This document shows positions 20,961 to 31,927 of a stretch of 64,000 bases of DNA, piece by piece. Position 1 is the first letter of the stretch; every line of letters starts with the position of its first letter. The DNA is from Candidatus Geocrenenecus huangii (GTDB lineage Archaea; Thermoproteota; Nitrososphaeria_A; Caldarchaeales; Wolframiiraptoraceae): positions 64,001 to 128,000 of the forward strand of contig JALNLM010000001.1 of NCBI GenBank assembly GCA_023254095.1, written 5' to 3'. A program made the translations under genes and the position numbers. Under the pieces are notes generated by a model. That model did no database searches. It was not told where the DNA came from and saw only the letters and a program-made list of their open reading frames with translations.

Positions 20961-21230
20961 CTATTTTGTTATAAGTATTTCGATGAAGCTTACATATCTT
21001 TTCTTATTCTCGTCTAACTCTGCTTCATCATATCCTATGGCGATATCCTTTATTTTCAGGTTTGAATAGAAACTTTTTTTGAGAAGGAATGCAACGTCTA
21101 CACAATTACTGATACTTCTCCCCCGGGCTCTGAGGAGAATTTCCTTCTCACCTCTATTAAATAAGGTTATGCATGCCGTAACATATCTCATCTTAGGCTT
21201 TTTCCCAACTATGACCATGGCTCTACCCAA
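20961..21230 (-). CDS. albA: DNA/RNA-binding protein Alba
   Basis: VGKKP.MRYV, LRARGRSIS..VDVA, VSFIEI. Confidence 0.92.
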   Translation of the reverse strand: MGRAMVIVGKKPKMRYVTACITLFNRGEKEILLRARGRSISNCVDVAFLLKKSFYSNLKIKDIAIGYDEAELDENKKRYVSFIEILITK

Positions 21231-21315
21231 GACTTCCTAACCTCTTCTAACAAATCCGAATTGAGCGAAATAAAATTTATCCTTTATCCAGAAACTCCTG
21301 ACTCAAAGACTCAAG

Positions 21316-23085
21316 CTATAATAATAGAAGAGTAATTATCCCTGAAAAGATTAAAGAAGCCAGTATTGCTAATAAGAACAGTCTAAGAGATTTGAAAGAT
21401 TTTTCTGCTGCTTCTGCTAGAAAATCATTCGACATAACCTTAACGTTCTCGAATCTCATCGAAACTCTTGAGACCTCCATATTCTTCAAATTTGATAAAG
21501 CTTTCTTCAATGCCTCGATTGCAGAAGATGATATAACTTCAACTGGTATCACCTCGCCGAGAGGATGATAGCCTCTACCTCCAAGCTTTAATCCATTCAC
21601 TATATGAGTATCAGTCGTCAAGACTTCGCAGTAATCGAAGCCTAGCTTTCTAGCTTCTTCACTTATCATGCCTCTAACCTCGGGCACAGCGTTATTACTA
21701 TCAATAACGATAAGGGCCGTCGATAGACCATCCTCGTTCCTGAATGTTAAGACTCTTATTCCTAGCGGACCTATTCCATCTTCTAGACCATAGTCTTCTA
21801 TCATGTTTTCACCGTACCCGACCAGTAGCAGAGACCTTCCATGAATAGTCATCTTCAAAGCTTGAGCTACTACGTTTTTTATATCTCTAAAACCATCTCC
21901 ATCAAGTTCTTTGACGTCTTCCGAGAAACTGTTATGCGCATCCACTATGATTACGTCATCCCTCTCTATCCCATCCATTACACTCGGAGGTATATCTTCC
22001 ATACCTTTAGGATGGAGAGTTACTACTACCAGTGTGGAGCTGCCTACTTGGATAACGGAAGCTGTGGCAGACCCATACTTTAAGATCTTCGTGGAACCAA
22101 TTAACTCAGAATAGCTAGAGTCGTGGGTTAATATTTTTCTCGAGATCTCTTCAGCTATAAATTCACAATCTCTCCTGGATATAATATTCTTTGAATGATC
22201 TGAGAGCCCTCTGGCGATGACCACTTTTACCCCTTTCCGTGAAAGCCTTTCTTCAATCAAATATGGTAGTATACTGCTACCGAAATCTCTGAACGGTCCA
22301 GGATGAAAACCTGGAATTATAAATGCTATCTCTACATTCTTCCTTCCTGCTTCTCTGAATATTAGACAGTCAACTTTAATTTCGGAGGTGTTATTTAGCT
22401 TCTCAGCTAATTTTTCTAGAGAGTCTTTTCTACCATCAAGGAATATCGCTAACATTGCTGATAAGAGTTTTAGAGGCTTCAATCCATGAATTTTGTAAAA
22501 ATAATTTATGTAGGAAGAGTAGAGGAGGTGTAGAGCATTTCCGATCACTTGCCCAATGATCATCGGGGTTAGAAGATAGTTTAAGGCAGGATCGAGAAGA
22601 GGGGATGTCATGAGCGTTGAGATGATGCACGTATACTTTAACGTGTAGGATAGATCATCTTCTGTGAGGACCCTTATTATTAAGCCTCTAAGTAGTGTAG
22701 CTAATGCTATAAGTGATGAGAAGAATACCAGGCCGATTACTCGGGAGTTCGCAAGCGCGTCCGCCATATACATGATTGATAGCCCGATGCTATTCAGTAG
22801 CATTTCTACTATTGTTAATCCATTAAGTCTCCTAAAATTTACTAAGCCTACTCTAATACTAGAGAATAGAAAGTTAACGATGATTATCGAGTAGAAAGAT
22901 AAGGCAGGTATCCATATTCTCGACAAGTCGGTCAACGATAAAAGAACTACCGAAAGAGCGATAAACAGTGTAAGTAAATGTAACAGATTCCCTCTACCCG
23001 GCAGTCCTTTTATATACGGGTAGAGCGAGGCCAACCTCGATGTATGATTTAACTTCTTCAAACTTTTCATGATTCCTCTAGGCAT
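21316..23085 (-). CDS. DUF2070 family membrane protein
   Basis: N-terminal TMs, HPGPFRDFGSS, VDAHN, DSNN, TTDTH. Confidence 0.85.
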   Translation of the reverse strand: MPRGIMKSLKKLNHTSRLASLYPYIKGLPGRGNLLHLLTLFIALSVVLLSLTDLSRIWIPALSFYSIIIVNFLFSSIRVGLVNFRRLNGLTIVEMLLNSIGLSIMYMADALANSRVIGLVFFSSLIALATLLRGLIIRVLTEDDLSYTLKYTCIISTLMTSPLLDPALNYLLTPMIIGQVIGNALHLLYSSYINYFYKIHGLKPLKLLSAMLAIFLDGRKDSLEKLAEKLNNTSEIKVDCLIFREAGRKNVEIAFIIPGFHPGPFRDFGSSILPYLIEERLSRKGVKVVIARGLSDHSKNIISRRDCEFIAEEISRKILTHDSSYSELIGSTKILKYGSATASVIQVGSSTLVVVTLHPKGMEDIPPSVMDGIERDDVIIVDAHNSFSEDVKELDGDGFRDIKNVVAQALKMTIHGRSLLLVGYGENMIEDYGLEDGIGPLGIRVLTFRNEDGLSTALIVIDSNNAVPEVRGMISEEARKLGFDYCEVLTTDTHIVNGLKLGGRGYHPLGEVIPVEVISSSAIEALKKALSNLKNMEVSRVSMRFENVKVMSNDFLAEAAEKSFKSLRLFLLAILASLIFSGIITLLLL

Positions 23086-23172
23086 GGGGATTTATTAATT
23101 GTTCGTTATCTCTACTAAATAAATTGTTAGAAGAAAATATTAAGAACATCCACTAAATTAATAGAGCATAGA

Positions 23173-24162
23173 TTGAATGCATTAAGGATACGCGGAGGTA
23201 GCGGTCTCACTCTGGAAACCAAGAATTCAAGACTAGTCTTCGATACTAAGCCACTCGGCAACAGTATCCAGTTTATCTCCCACGCACATCTCGACCACGT
23301 CTACAATCTGTCTATGAAGGACGTAGTAATGAGTGAAGAAACCGCCTCTATACTGAAAGCTGTGCATAGGAGAGGTGAATGGACTAAACTAAAGTACAAA
23401 GAAAAATTTAGAATTGGAGACTGCCTGGAAATATCGATGGAGCCGGCTGGACACGTTCTAGGCTCAACCCAATACATAATCGACGTTAATGGTTTAAGGA
23501 CAGTCTATACAGGAGACTTCAACATCTATGATAGCTTGATACATCAAGGAGCTAAACCAGTGGAATCCGATATACTCATAATAGAATCAACATATGGGAT
23601 TCCCTACTATAGATTCCCAGCTAGGGAGAAAACATATGCTGATATTGTTAGATGGGTTCTTAAGACTATTTCTTCAAACGAGATACCCGCATTCAAAGTC
23701 TACTCACTTGGGAAGAGTCAAGAAATTATACGGGTTATAAATACCTACCTAGATATTCCAGTGGTTGTAAGCAAGCCGGTTTCGAAGATATCTGATAAAT
23801 ACAACGAACATGGCATACCTCTCGAATACGTCCCGATAGATAAAGTTGAAGGCTTAGAAGTTTTAAAACAAGGGGAATGCGTATACGTTTCAAGCTATAG
23901 AGAAAATGTACCGACGAATAAGAAGGTTCGATGGGCTGTGGCCACTGGATGGGCCTTAAGATACCGTCACTCAAATTATGACATCTCTTTTCCCCTTAGT
24001 GGACACTCCGACTATTATGGATTAGTAAAGTATATCTTGGAGAGCCGGCCGAAACAAGTATACACGATTTACGGCTATGCTAAAGAGTTCTCCACTAATC
24101 TTAGAAGAATAGGGATCAACGCTAAACCCGTTTATGAAGCAAGCCAATCCACTCTTGACTAA
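23173..24162 (+). CDS. MBL/beta-CASP ribonuclease (aCPSF2-like)
   Basis: SHAHLDH, AGHVLGS, YTGDF, IESTYG, LGKSQE, LSGHSD. Confidence 0.85.
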   Translation: MNALRIRGGSGLTLETKNSRLVFDTKPLGNSIQFISHAHLDHVYNLSMKDVVMSEETASILKAVHRRGEWTKLKYKEKFRIGDCLEISMEPAGHVLGSTQYIIDVNGLRTVYTGDFNIYDSLIHQGAKPVESDILIIESTYGIPYYRFPAREKTYADIVRWVLKTISSNEIPAFKVYSLGKSQEIIRVINTYLDIPVVVSKPVSKISDKYNEHGIPLEYVPIDKVEGLEVLKQGECVYVSSYRENVPTNKKVRWAVATGWALRYRHSNYDISFPLSGHSDYYGLVKYILESRPKQVYTIYGYAKEFSTNLRRIGINAKPVYEASQSTLD

Positions 24163-24242
24163 CGTCGAATCTCCCATTATGTTAAAGGTGAATGAAAGTA
24201 TTTATTAGCGAGTTGTCAATTCTAGTAAGTGGTGTAGAGTAG

Positions 24243-24410
24243 ATGAGTGTTAGGAGGAGGCGGAGAGAAGCACCAATGCCTCAATCGGCTGCAGGGCTCT
24301 TAAGATTCTTTGAAGAAGAAATTAAAGGTATAAAGATTAGAGCCGAGCTTGTCCTAATACTTGCAGCTTTGATGGTCGCTATTGTAATCATTGCGAACAT
24401 CTTCTTCTAG
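24243..24410 (+). CDS. secG: Preprotein translocase subunit Sec61beta
   Basis: Not in the ORF track. MSVRRRRREAPMPQSAAGLLRFFEEEIKGIKIRAELV plus a C-terminal TM; AGL.RFF is the family signature. Confidence 0.92.
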   Translation: MSVRRRRREAPMPQSAAGLLRFFEEEIKGIKIRAELVLILAALMVAIVIIANIFF

Positions 24411-24417
24411 TACTTAA

Positions 24418-24684
24418 CTATGCTTCTTCAATAGCTTTTTGACCTATACCCGTAACCATCCACAAGAGTCTCCCCTTGTATTTCTGCGATCTAACTATTC
24501 CTTCAGCCTCCATATTCTTTAAATGTCTCCTTATCGATGAAGCACTTCTACCAACTCCTTCCGATATTTTCCTGATCGTTAATGGTTTCGATTTTATCAA
24601 GTGGAGGATTCTTGAACGAGTATCCAGTCCCTTCTTGACATTCCTTATTCTGTATAGATACGCTCTTGGATTAACCTCTGACAT
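24418..24684 (-). CDS. Winged helix-turn-helix protein (ArsR-like)
   Basis: TRSRILHLI...TIRKISEGVGRSASSIRRHLKNMEAEGIV. Confidence 0.8.
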   Translation of the reverse strand: MSEVNPRAYLYRIRNVKKGLDTRSRILHLIKSKPLTIRKISEGVGRSASSIRRHLKNMEAEGIVRSQKYKGRLLWMVTGIGQKAIEEA

Positions 24685-24736
24685 CCAAACTAGAATGCGT
24701 TAATCCTCTAGATAATCGTTATCTGGTTTGGCCATA

Positions 24737-27700
24737 CTACATGAACTTTTCAAGCGAGACTTGTCTTCCAGCTACTTCACCATCTTCTTCTTTTGTAAAC
24801 ATTTTCTTTACACCATCTATAGCTAGGAGAGCTTGTTCTCTTAGATACTGGTTTCTAACATACTTTCCCAAGAGTTCTTCAGCGAGCTCAACATATTTTT
24901 CTATAGCTCCTCTGAAGACTGTTTGTTTTAGGTCGGCTCCACAGTTATGACATCTCCTAGTTAATGGAGGCCTACGGTATTTTGACCCGCACTTCTTACA
25001 TCTAAACTCTTGTGTAAAGAATGCTCTAGCATTCCCAACTATATCTGGGAGTAGATGAGTCTCCATAATCTTCTCCACCATATGGGTTACATCTACTCCG
25101 GTCAATTTTTCAACAATATCTATCTGCCCAGCAATCTTGCTCAGCATAGATGAATGTTTCTTGTAAGACGATTCCTTCACAGTGGATATCAACGAATTCA
25201 ACGGGTGGGTGAATTTACATCCAGCAAACGCTTCAGGTCTCCCCAAGTAGTTCTTAATAGTTGGGATTATACTGGCGATGGTAGATATGTGTTCACCATT
25301 CTTCGCTTTTCTATAGAATTCTAGAGGATACCTATCTATTACATCTAGGTTATGTGCTTGTTCATCAACTTCTTCTGGGTATACTATAGAGGTTATCAGG
25401 AGGGGGGAATCCATCTTACCGCCAACTCTATTCGGCAAATAGAGTCTTGAAAAATTGATCAGAGGGTCTAGTAATAACATAATACTATCTTCGTCTCCAT
25501 CGCAATCTCTTCTCTTCGCTGCATGGAGGACTGGATGAGCAAAGCATACGAGCCCATCGATTATACCTATCACTCTCGTAACCGACCCGACGTACGTGTG
25601 TGGAGAAAGCACCAGCACGAGTTCTCCTATAATGTCCTCAGGTTTCTCGAAGTTGTAATAGGTGTCCATGCCTGCAAGCTTCTTAAGTTCATCATCTATG
25701 AACTTAGATACTCTAAGTAAGTGTTCTGCGGCTCTACGGGGGATAATTATGTCTTGGATTCTAAGTTCTAGAATTTGGTTGGGAGATGTAAGAGGCTCCC
25801 CAAATATATCGTGAGTATAGCCTAGTTCTCTTAACTTATCTATAGGTGTTCCTATCTGGCTTGGTTTGAAATGTGTTAGTGGAGCATTAGTCGCATCAAA
25901 TCTTATAGTTCCATCTTTATATACATAGAGTTCGTATCGAGCTCTTAGGATACCTTTAGCTAAATCTTCAGGGGTTTTTGTCAAACTATTCAATCCCTTA
26001 ACGCCTTTGATCCTTCCTGGAAGAGGCATATTGATCTCCCTAGACACTTCGTATAGTTTCTCTGCGACATTTATCACGAATTTCTCATAGTAGCTAACGT
26101 TGCCACCACATTTTTCACATATCGTTTCTTCATCGTATTTCTTCTCGGACCCACATGAATCACATTCTCCAATTATATCTGTAGGTATTCTACATTCAGG
26201 GCATTTATGAATCCACGTCTTCTTACCACAGTTCGGACACCTTCTCCTCACAAGCTCGACTACAATCTTCTCATCTTCATTCAATACGTTTATCAAGTCT
26301 CTCGAGGGGCCACCGCTCGATCCTGCTGGGAACAGGATATTGACCGGCGGGCTCATCTCTCTCATAGCAGCTTTTTCCGGCCTACCCATCCTAGCACCTA
26401 TAAATGTTCCAGCTTTGTCTTCGATGATTATTCCTGAAAGCTTGCTCAAAATATCTAGAATATCTCCTCTTGCTGGTTCAACATGATCGAACGGTCTAAG
26501 TATTGCCATTAGGGTCTTGAGCCAGTCAATCGATAGAACTACCTTGTCTAATTCAACTCTATGCTCTATGAGTAACCTTGTTAGTATGTCTTTGGCTTTT
26601 TCCGACTTCGGCAGATACACTTCTCCATTCTTATGTATTAGATTCTTTACGGAATTCTTTAACCATTCTCTCAGGATGAACGCTTCCTCTATCACGATAT
26701 TTCTCCAGAATGGCGTATATTTTGGATGAAGTGGAACGCCGAGCTTTAAGCTAATCAATAATGCCTCTCTCACTGTCGGCGTGCTATTGAAGGGATCGCT
26801 CAACACTCTCTCAATCTTTTCATACAGTTCTTTACCGATATTTGATGAGGCGTTCCTAGATATCCTTAGTCGGAGCTCTTCACACCACCATTCTTCGCAA
26901 AATCCAGGTCTATGAATTTTCACATTGTTTTCGATTAAATCTCCTACAGATACTAGTATATCTCCTAGAAAGAGTATTTTCTCTATCTTATCCTTGATTT
27001 TTTCATATTTCGTATGATTTTCTAATCTGGCTACTTCACCATCTACAGTCAATACGACAGGTGGCTCAATATATTCCACTACGGATACTATCCCTCCCTT
27101 CCCCGGGTAGTCGAGCTTCAGCTGAGTTCCAGAAACGATATACCAATTGAGGATCTCAAGTGTCACGGGGTGAAGTCCAACTGAGGCTAACCCGGTAGAT
27201 GCAGTTCTCCCATATCTAATCCTCAATCCCCCAAATCTGTCTTGCACAGATATTACTGGTCTTCCACCAACTACTTCATCAAGGTATCCTTCATCTTCAT
27301 TCTTGACGGAATCCATTATTTCTATTACCCTTCCAATCCATTCCCATCCATCTAGGCCTATCTTCTCTACGAATTTTAGAACCTTCTTGGCTCTCCCTGC
27401 AATCCCGTCATTTATAACTCTGAGGGCTCCACCTCTTAGATAATTTGTCTCGATCCTCGGTAGATTGCGGAAAGATGAAACAAGTATTTTGTCTGTGGGA
27501 ATACCTGTAACTTCTACGGGCAGGTTCTTCAAAACATACTCTATTACATCGTCTGGGACATTATACTGGAATCTTGAGACCTTCCGTTTATACAATCTTA
27601 ATTCTTCTATGAATCTCATCACTTCTTCATAGGTAGGCTTGTATCTATCTAGGCCTACAAGCCTTCTAACATAATCCGCTAAGACTACTACTGCTGCAAG

Positions 27701-28162
27701 CTCGGTTCCTCCTGCAGATCTTATCGGTCCAGCGAAATATATTGCTAGATACCTTGAGCCATCGAAGTTCTTCTTTATCTTTACATCTACAACCCCCTCG
27801 GTTGGAGCAGCAGTTATACATGGTGGAGTCAATATAGCCAAGGACGTCCTAATGGCTTGTAGCAGTATCCGATTATCGATTTTCTCTTTTCCATGTTCTT
27901 CAATTATGTCTTTCGCGAGTTTTAATGCTAGCTTCTCTAACGACATTTTACCGAGTGAACTTCTTATCTTATCAGCCACCCCCCTCGGTCCAACTAGGAG
28001 TTCGACTCTCTCCGCTAAATCCCTAGCGAAGAATACCTCGATGTAGGGTGTTGGAGAAGCTATTCTCTTCCTAGCTTCGATAGCTATCTTCTTCTGATGA
28101 ATTATCTTATCCGACAATTCTTTATAGTATTTAGCTAATTCTTTAGAGCCCCTTTCACTCAT
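24737..28162 (-). CDS. polC: DNA polymerase D large subunit DP2 (no intein)
   Basis: FAGPIRSAGGT, GARMGRPEKA, KDGTIRFDATN, catalytic AAKRRDCDGDED, C-terminal Zn finger. Confidence 0.97.
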   Translation of the reverse strand: MSERGSKELAKYYKELSDKIIHQKKIAIEARKRIASPTPYIEVFFARDLAERVELLVGPRGVADKIRSSLGKMSLEKLALKLAKDIIEEHGKEKIDNRILLQAIRTSLAILTPPCITAAPTEGVVDVKIKKNFDGSRYLAIYFAGPIRSAGGTELAAVVVLADYVRRLVGLDRYKPTYEEVMRFIEELRLYKRKVSRFQYNVPDDVIEYVLKNLPVEVTGIPTDKILVSSFRNLPRIETNYLRGGALRVINDGIAGRAKKVLKFVEKIGLDGWEWIGRVIEIMDSVKNEDEGYLDEVVGGRPVISVQDRFGGLRIRYGRTASTGLASVGLHPVTLEILNWYIVSGTQLKLDYPGKGGIVSVVEYIEPPVVLTVDGEVARLENHTKYEKIKDKIEKILFLGDILVSVGDLIENNVKIHRPGFCEEWWCEELRLRISRNASSNIGKELYEKIERVLSDPFNSTPTVREALLISLKLGVPLHPKYTPFWRNIVIEEAFILREWLKNSVKNLIHKNGEVYLPKSEKAKDILTRLLIEHRVELDKVVLSIDWLKTLMAILRPFDHVEPARGDILDILSKLSGIIIEDKAGTFIGARMGRPEKAAMREMSPPVNILFPAGSSGGPSRDLINVLNEDEKIVVELVRRRCPNCGKKTWIHKCPECRIPTDIIGECDSCGSEKKYDEETICEKCGGNVSYYEKFVINVAEKLYEVSREINMPLPGRIKGVKGLNSLTKTPEDLAKGILRARYELYVYKDGTIRFDATNAPLTHFKPSQIGTPIDKLRELGYTHDIFGEPLTSPNQILELRIQDIIIPRRAAEHLLRVSKFIDDELKKLAGMDTYYNFEKPEDIIGELVLVLSPHTYVGSVTRVIGIIDGLVCFAHPVLHAAKRRDCDGDEDSIMLLLDPLINFSRLYLPNRVGGKMDSPLLITSIVYPEEVDEQAHNLDVIDRYPLEFYRKAKNGEHISTIASIIPTIKNYLGRPEAFAGCKFTHPLNSLISTVKESSYKKHSSMLSKIAGQIDIVEKLTGVDVTHMVEKIMETHLLPDIVGNARAFFTQEFRCKKCGSKYRRPPLTRRCHNCGADLKQTVFRGAIEKYVELAEELLGKYVRNQYLREQALLAIDGVKKMFTKEEDGEVAGRQVSLEKFM

Positions 28163-28349
28163 CTACCGACCTTTACTTCATCTTCCACATTATTATATCT
28201 GATTACTGACAGATGGTAAAATATTATCTTAATACTTTTAATGACGTTTAGGTAGACTTATTTGGCCATGTCAAGCCTAACCAGCATGGATATTGCTCGA
28301 TAATCTAAATCTCCTTGGGTCTAAACAAGATAGTAACACCATCGTGAAA

Positions 28350-28730
28350 TCAACGGCTTGGAGAAGTAGCTTTCATCCATTCTTCTACTAAATCGTAGCC
28401 GAGTAGCTTCTTTAATGCTTCGCGACCTTCCGGCGTTATTCTTAGAGGCGTCCATGGAGGATCCCACACAAGACCTACATGGACTTCTCTTGCCTCAGGC
28501 ATGTTTTCCTTGATAGCTAATTCAGCGGATGCTAGTACCATTCCAGCTATGGGGCATCCGGGAGCTGTCAACGTCATTTGAATATTTACTCTACCTTCTT
28601 CATCTACATCTACATCGTAGATTAGACCCAGATCATACACGTTTACCGGAATTTCAGGATCATACACTGTCTTCAAAACTTCTATAACCTTGTTTCTTAT
28701 AGCTTCTCTTTCTGAATCTGTTAAACCCAT
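28350..28730 (-). CDS. DUF59/SufT-MIP18 Fe-S assembly protein
   Basis: VYDPEIPVNVYDLGLIY, MTLTAPGCP, VWDPPW. Confidence 0.92.
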   Translation of the reverse strand: MGLTDSEREAIRNKVIEVLKTVYDPEIPVNVYDLGLIYDVDVDEEGRVNIQMTLTAPGCPIAGMVLASAELAIKENMPEAREVHVGLVWDPPWTPLRITPEGREALKKLLGYDLVEEWMKATSPSR

Positions 28731-28932
28731 TTTCTCCTCTCTCAAAGATAATCAAGCAAATACCCCCTTTTATCTATATCCAACTTACAAAAGGATCAAA
28801 CTAGAAGCAGTTAAATGAGTATCATCTATATCAAATTTTATCTTCTCATCGAGGGGCTTCTCGAGTATTAAATCACGTGGTTGGATTCAATATAGAAGTA
28901 TTCACGGATATCTATGCTATAGGATAGGGAGT

Positions 28933-29739
28933 CTATAATTCGAGAGATGCTGTATCTATGTATTCGGAGAGTGGCTCTTTTATGACTATTCCTTCTTCAG
29001 GTCTTATCTCGAAGGTATAAATCGCGGAATCAGCTAGAGACCACCGCATCTTTCTCACATAGATCGTTTTCAAGAGTTTGCCTCTAAACCTTACCACACC
29101 TAAGACTATTACTCCAGACGATAGAAATTCTTCAAAACCGAATCTGCTTAGTTTCTTAGAGGCTGTCGGTATATCACATGTTAAAAGTGTTGTTGCACCC
29201 ATTTTTTCCTCTAGCATATTTATGATCTCTCTTAGATATTCTCTGACGATGAATTCTTCTTTTGCCCCTAGAGCTAATGCGGATATAGGGTCTAGAACGA
29301 TTCTGCTTATAGGCCTTCCTTGTGCAATCTTCTGTATCGCCTCTACGAAGGCTCTACTCTCTTTCCCGAATCTCTTTAAATCTGATGTAAATAATCTAAA
29401 TTCAAATGGATGGAATAGCCCCATCTGTATGTACTCCCATAAATCCCATCCAAGAGATAGTGCTCCATTAAGGACGCCGTCAATTCTCTCATCTAGAGAT
29501 ACGTAGATAGCAAACTCATTCTGCCTTAAACCTTCTAGTATGAATTGTAGGCTTAGTATAGTCTTGCCTACTCCCGTCTCACCTGTAACCAAATAAGTTC
29601 TGCCTTTAATCAATCCGCCTCCAAGCATCTGGTCAAGCTTCACTATCCCCGTAGAGACCCTATCAAAGTATCTAGACAAATCTCCTCTACCCGATATAGA
29701 AGTTAAAGTCTTCAATATATTTTTTACCATTATCAACAA
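28933..29739 (-). CDS. KaiC-like RecA-superfamily ATPase (single domain)
   Basis: STGIVKLDQMLGGG, GETGVGKT, RIVLD, VRKMR. Confidence 0.88.
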   Translation of the reverse strand: MLIMVKNILKTLTSISGRGDLSRYFDRVSTGIVKLDQMLGGGLIKGRTYLVTGETGVGKTILSLQFILEGLRQNEFAIYVSLDERIDGVLNGALSLGWDLWEYIQMGLFHPFEFRLFTSDLKRFGKESRAFVEAIQKIAQGRPISRIVLDPISALALGAKEEFIVREYLREIINMLEEKMGATTLLTCDIPTASKKLSRFGFEEFLSSGVIVLGVVRFRGKLLKTIYVRKMRWSLADSAIYTFEIRPEEGIVIKEPLSEYIDTASLEL

Positions 29740-29771
29740 TATTCGAGAAGATCGATGATCTCCCTAAGATC

Positions 29772-30542
29772 CTACTCTCTTCTAAAACTCTTCACCGTGG
29801 CAATAATCTTCTCTAATTTTTCGGGATCTTCCTCTGCAATCGTGCCTGTCACTATGATATCCGCACCTGACTCTAACGTCTGGCGAACATGTTCTACTGT
29901 TCTTATTCCTCCCCCAACGATTAGCGGTATGTTTATAGAAGATTTTACAGTTTTGATTACGTTTGGAGGGATTGGTTCAGCTGCTCCCGACCCTGCTTCT
30001 AGGTAGACAAATCTAAATCCGAGAAATTGTGCTGCTAAGGCATATGCTACGACTACTTCTGGATGGTTGGTGGGGATAGGTAGGACTCTACCTATAGCTG
30101 AGACGGCGGTATCTCCTCTGAAAACAATATACGCTAAAGGTATCGCTTCGATCTGGTATTTCTTGATAAATGGTGCAGCCTGCATCTGTGCTCCAATAAT
30201 ATAGTACCATTCCACAGAGTTTAGTAGAGACATATACCATACAGCATCAGCATGTTTAGTTAACGCTTGAACGTTATTCGGGAAAATTATTACAGGTATG
30301 CTTATACTCTTCTTCAGAGTTGCTATGAATTCATCCATCTCGTTTTGAGAAGCGATAGTTGAACCTCCAACCATGATTGCCGAGCTCCCACAAGATTCAA
30401 CCTTCTTAGCAACTTCAACAGCTTCCTCTATTACCATATTTTGAGGATCTAACAACGTCATATGTATTGGTCCTTTTTCAAGCCTCTCCAATAGGTAACT
30501 CTCTGTTTTCCCTACTCTGAGAGTCTTAACCGATGAAGGCAT
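29772..30542 (-). CDS. Geranylgeranylglyceryl phosphate synthase (group II)
   Basis: HMTLLDP, IMVGGS, YLEAGSGA, VGGGIR, IVTGT. Confidence 0.95.
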   Translation of the reverse strand: MPSSVKTLRVGKTESYLLERLEKGPIHMTLLDPQNMVIEEAVEVAKKVESCGSSAIMVGGSTIASQNEMDEFIATLKKSISIPVIIFPNNVQALTKHADAVWYMSLLNSVEWYYIIGAQMQAAPFIKKYQIEAIPLAYIVFRGDTAVSAIGRVLPIPTNHPEVVVAYALAAQFLGFRFVYLEAGSGAAEPIPPNVIKTVKSSINIPLIVGGGIRTVEHVRQTLESGADIIVTGTIAEEDPEKLEKIIATVKSFRRE

Positions 30543-30599
30543 TATCGATCACTATTATATCCATCCATAAATATATTGCCCATCCTTGAAAGTGACAAC

Positions 30600-30986
30600 T
30601 CAAATTTCATCTGTCCTGCCATCTTCATCGGATTTTCCCAACTGCTCAACATCGACACTCCCTGAGTCAACACTGTTTTCATTAGTACCTTGCAAATCTT
30701 CTTGTCGTGTACTCTGAGTTTCTGCAACTACCTCGAGTTTCTTCCTACCGGTAACTGTATCATAGAACTCAGAGTATGCATCAACTTCACTATACGCAGG
30801 ACACCATTTAACTTTTACTTTTGTCTTACAGTTTGTGCATACCACTTCGGCATGCTCATCTCCTTTCTGATGAAGAACCGTGACTGCTTCAACATTACAT
30901 ACTGGGCATAGGAAGATCTTTGGAGGGGGCTTCACAACTTTCTTTTTAACAATCTTCCTCCGTCGACGACCCACTTTAACCACCAT
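30600..30986 (-). CDS. elf1: Transcription elongation factor Elf1 with acidic C-terminal tail
   Basis: GRRRRK..., FLCPVCN...CTNC, VDAYSEFYD. Confidence 0.88.
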   Translation of the reverse strand: MVVKVGRRRRKIVKKKVVKPPPKIFLCPVCNVEAVTVLHQKGDEHAEVVCTNCKTKVKVKWCPAYSEVDAYSEFYDTVTGRKKLEVVAETQSTRQEDLQGTNENSVDSGSVDVEQLGKSDEDGRTDEI

Positions 30987-31270
30987 ATCTAAGTTGGAAC
31001 AGAACCTATTAAGTTATTAATTCAAGACAGCGTCAAGCATCTTAGGTATAGACTAATCTTTCTTGAAGGAATTTCTAGAAGAGGGGCGAACAAAACATCA
31101 CATATAGAAACTTTGAATGAAGTCCGGGGATAAGCAGGGAAGAATTATGATAATGATCTGATTGAGAAAAAATAGAATAAGACGGCGAGAGGTTCGGGAA
31201 TCTTTTAAAGAAGGCTTTTGAATTTATGAAGTTGAGGGTTATTAAAGGCTTATCCCATGAGTTTGATAGA

Positions 31271-31927
31271 ATGAAGAGGGTTGTCGGGCTTGTAACGATG
31301 GACATGAAGTTTGCAAGCTTATTTAGAGAGTCAATGTCTAAAATGGGTGTAAAGACGATCCATACGCTAAGTACAGACGAGTTACCGTTCTCCGTGGATG
31401 TCGTGGTCACTAAGAAGGGAGAGCTTCGTGGAGAAATATCAAACCGAAAGATACTTTACTTAGAAGATTATCGAGACCTAGATGAACTTGCCGAGAAAGT
31501 CTTAGAGATATTGAAGGGCGTTGAATCGTATCGAAGCATATTGATAGGAATAGACCCTGGTAAGACTATTGGTGTAGCATTCTCTGTCAACTATAAAATT
31601 ATAAGGACTCTGAAATATTTTCATGAAGAGAAGATGATTGAAGATGTAAAAGCATTTATTGAAAGACATAGAGAGGCAGAAGAAAAAATCATCGTGGTGG
31701 GCTCGACGACAACCGAGGGAGAATCATCGAGATTACAAAAAATCTTGACAAAACGACTTGGAGATATTGAGAGGTTGAAGATCGAATTTATAGATGAATC
31801 TAGAACCACTAGAGGATTAGTTCCCAGAGAGAAAAATTTAAGCAAAGACGAATATTCAGCGATATTGTTATCGCTTAGGAGGTCTAGATTCAAGAAAGGT
31901 GGGAGTTTATGCCGGTACATCAATTAA
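31271..31927 (+). CDS. RNase H-fold (YqgF/RuvX-like) putative nuclease with an N-terminal alpha/beta domain
   Basis: ILIGIDPGKTIGVAF, IIVVG, FIDESRTT, DEYSAILL. Confidence 0.6.
   Translation: MKRVVGLVTMDMKFASLFRESMSKMGVKTIHTLSTDELPFSVDVVVTKKGELRGEISNRKILYLEDYRDLDELAEKVLEILKGVESYRSILIGIDPGKTIGVAFSVNYKIIRTLKYFHEEKMIEDVKAFIERHREAEEKIIVVGSTTTEGESSRLQKILTKRLGDIERLKIEFIDESRTTRGLVPREKNLSKDEYSAILLSLRRSRFKKGGSLCRYIN

Noticed and set aside
24737-28162. Inteins in PolD DP2 (also checked for MCM at 5433-7454)
   Set aside because: Lengths are normal, motifs are contiguous, and no intein splice-junction blocks were seen.
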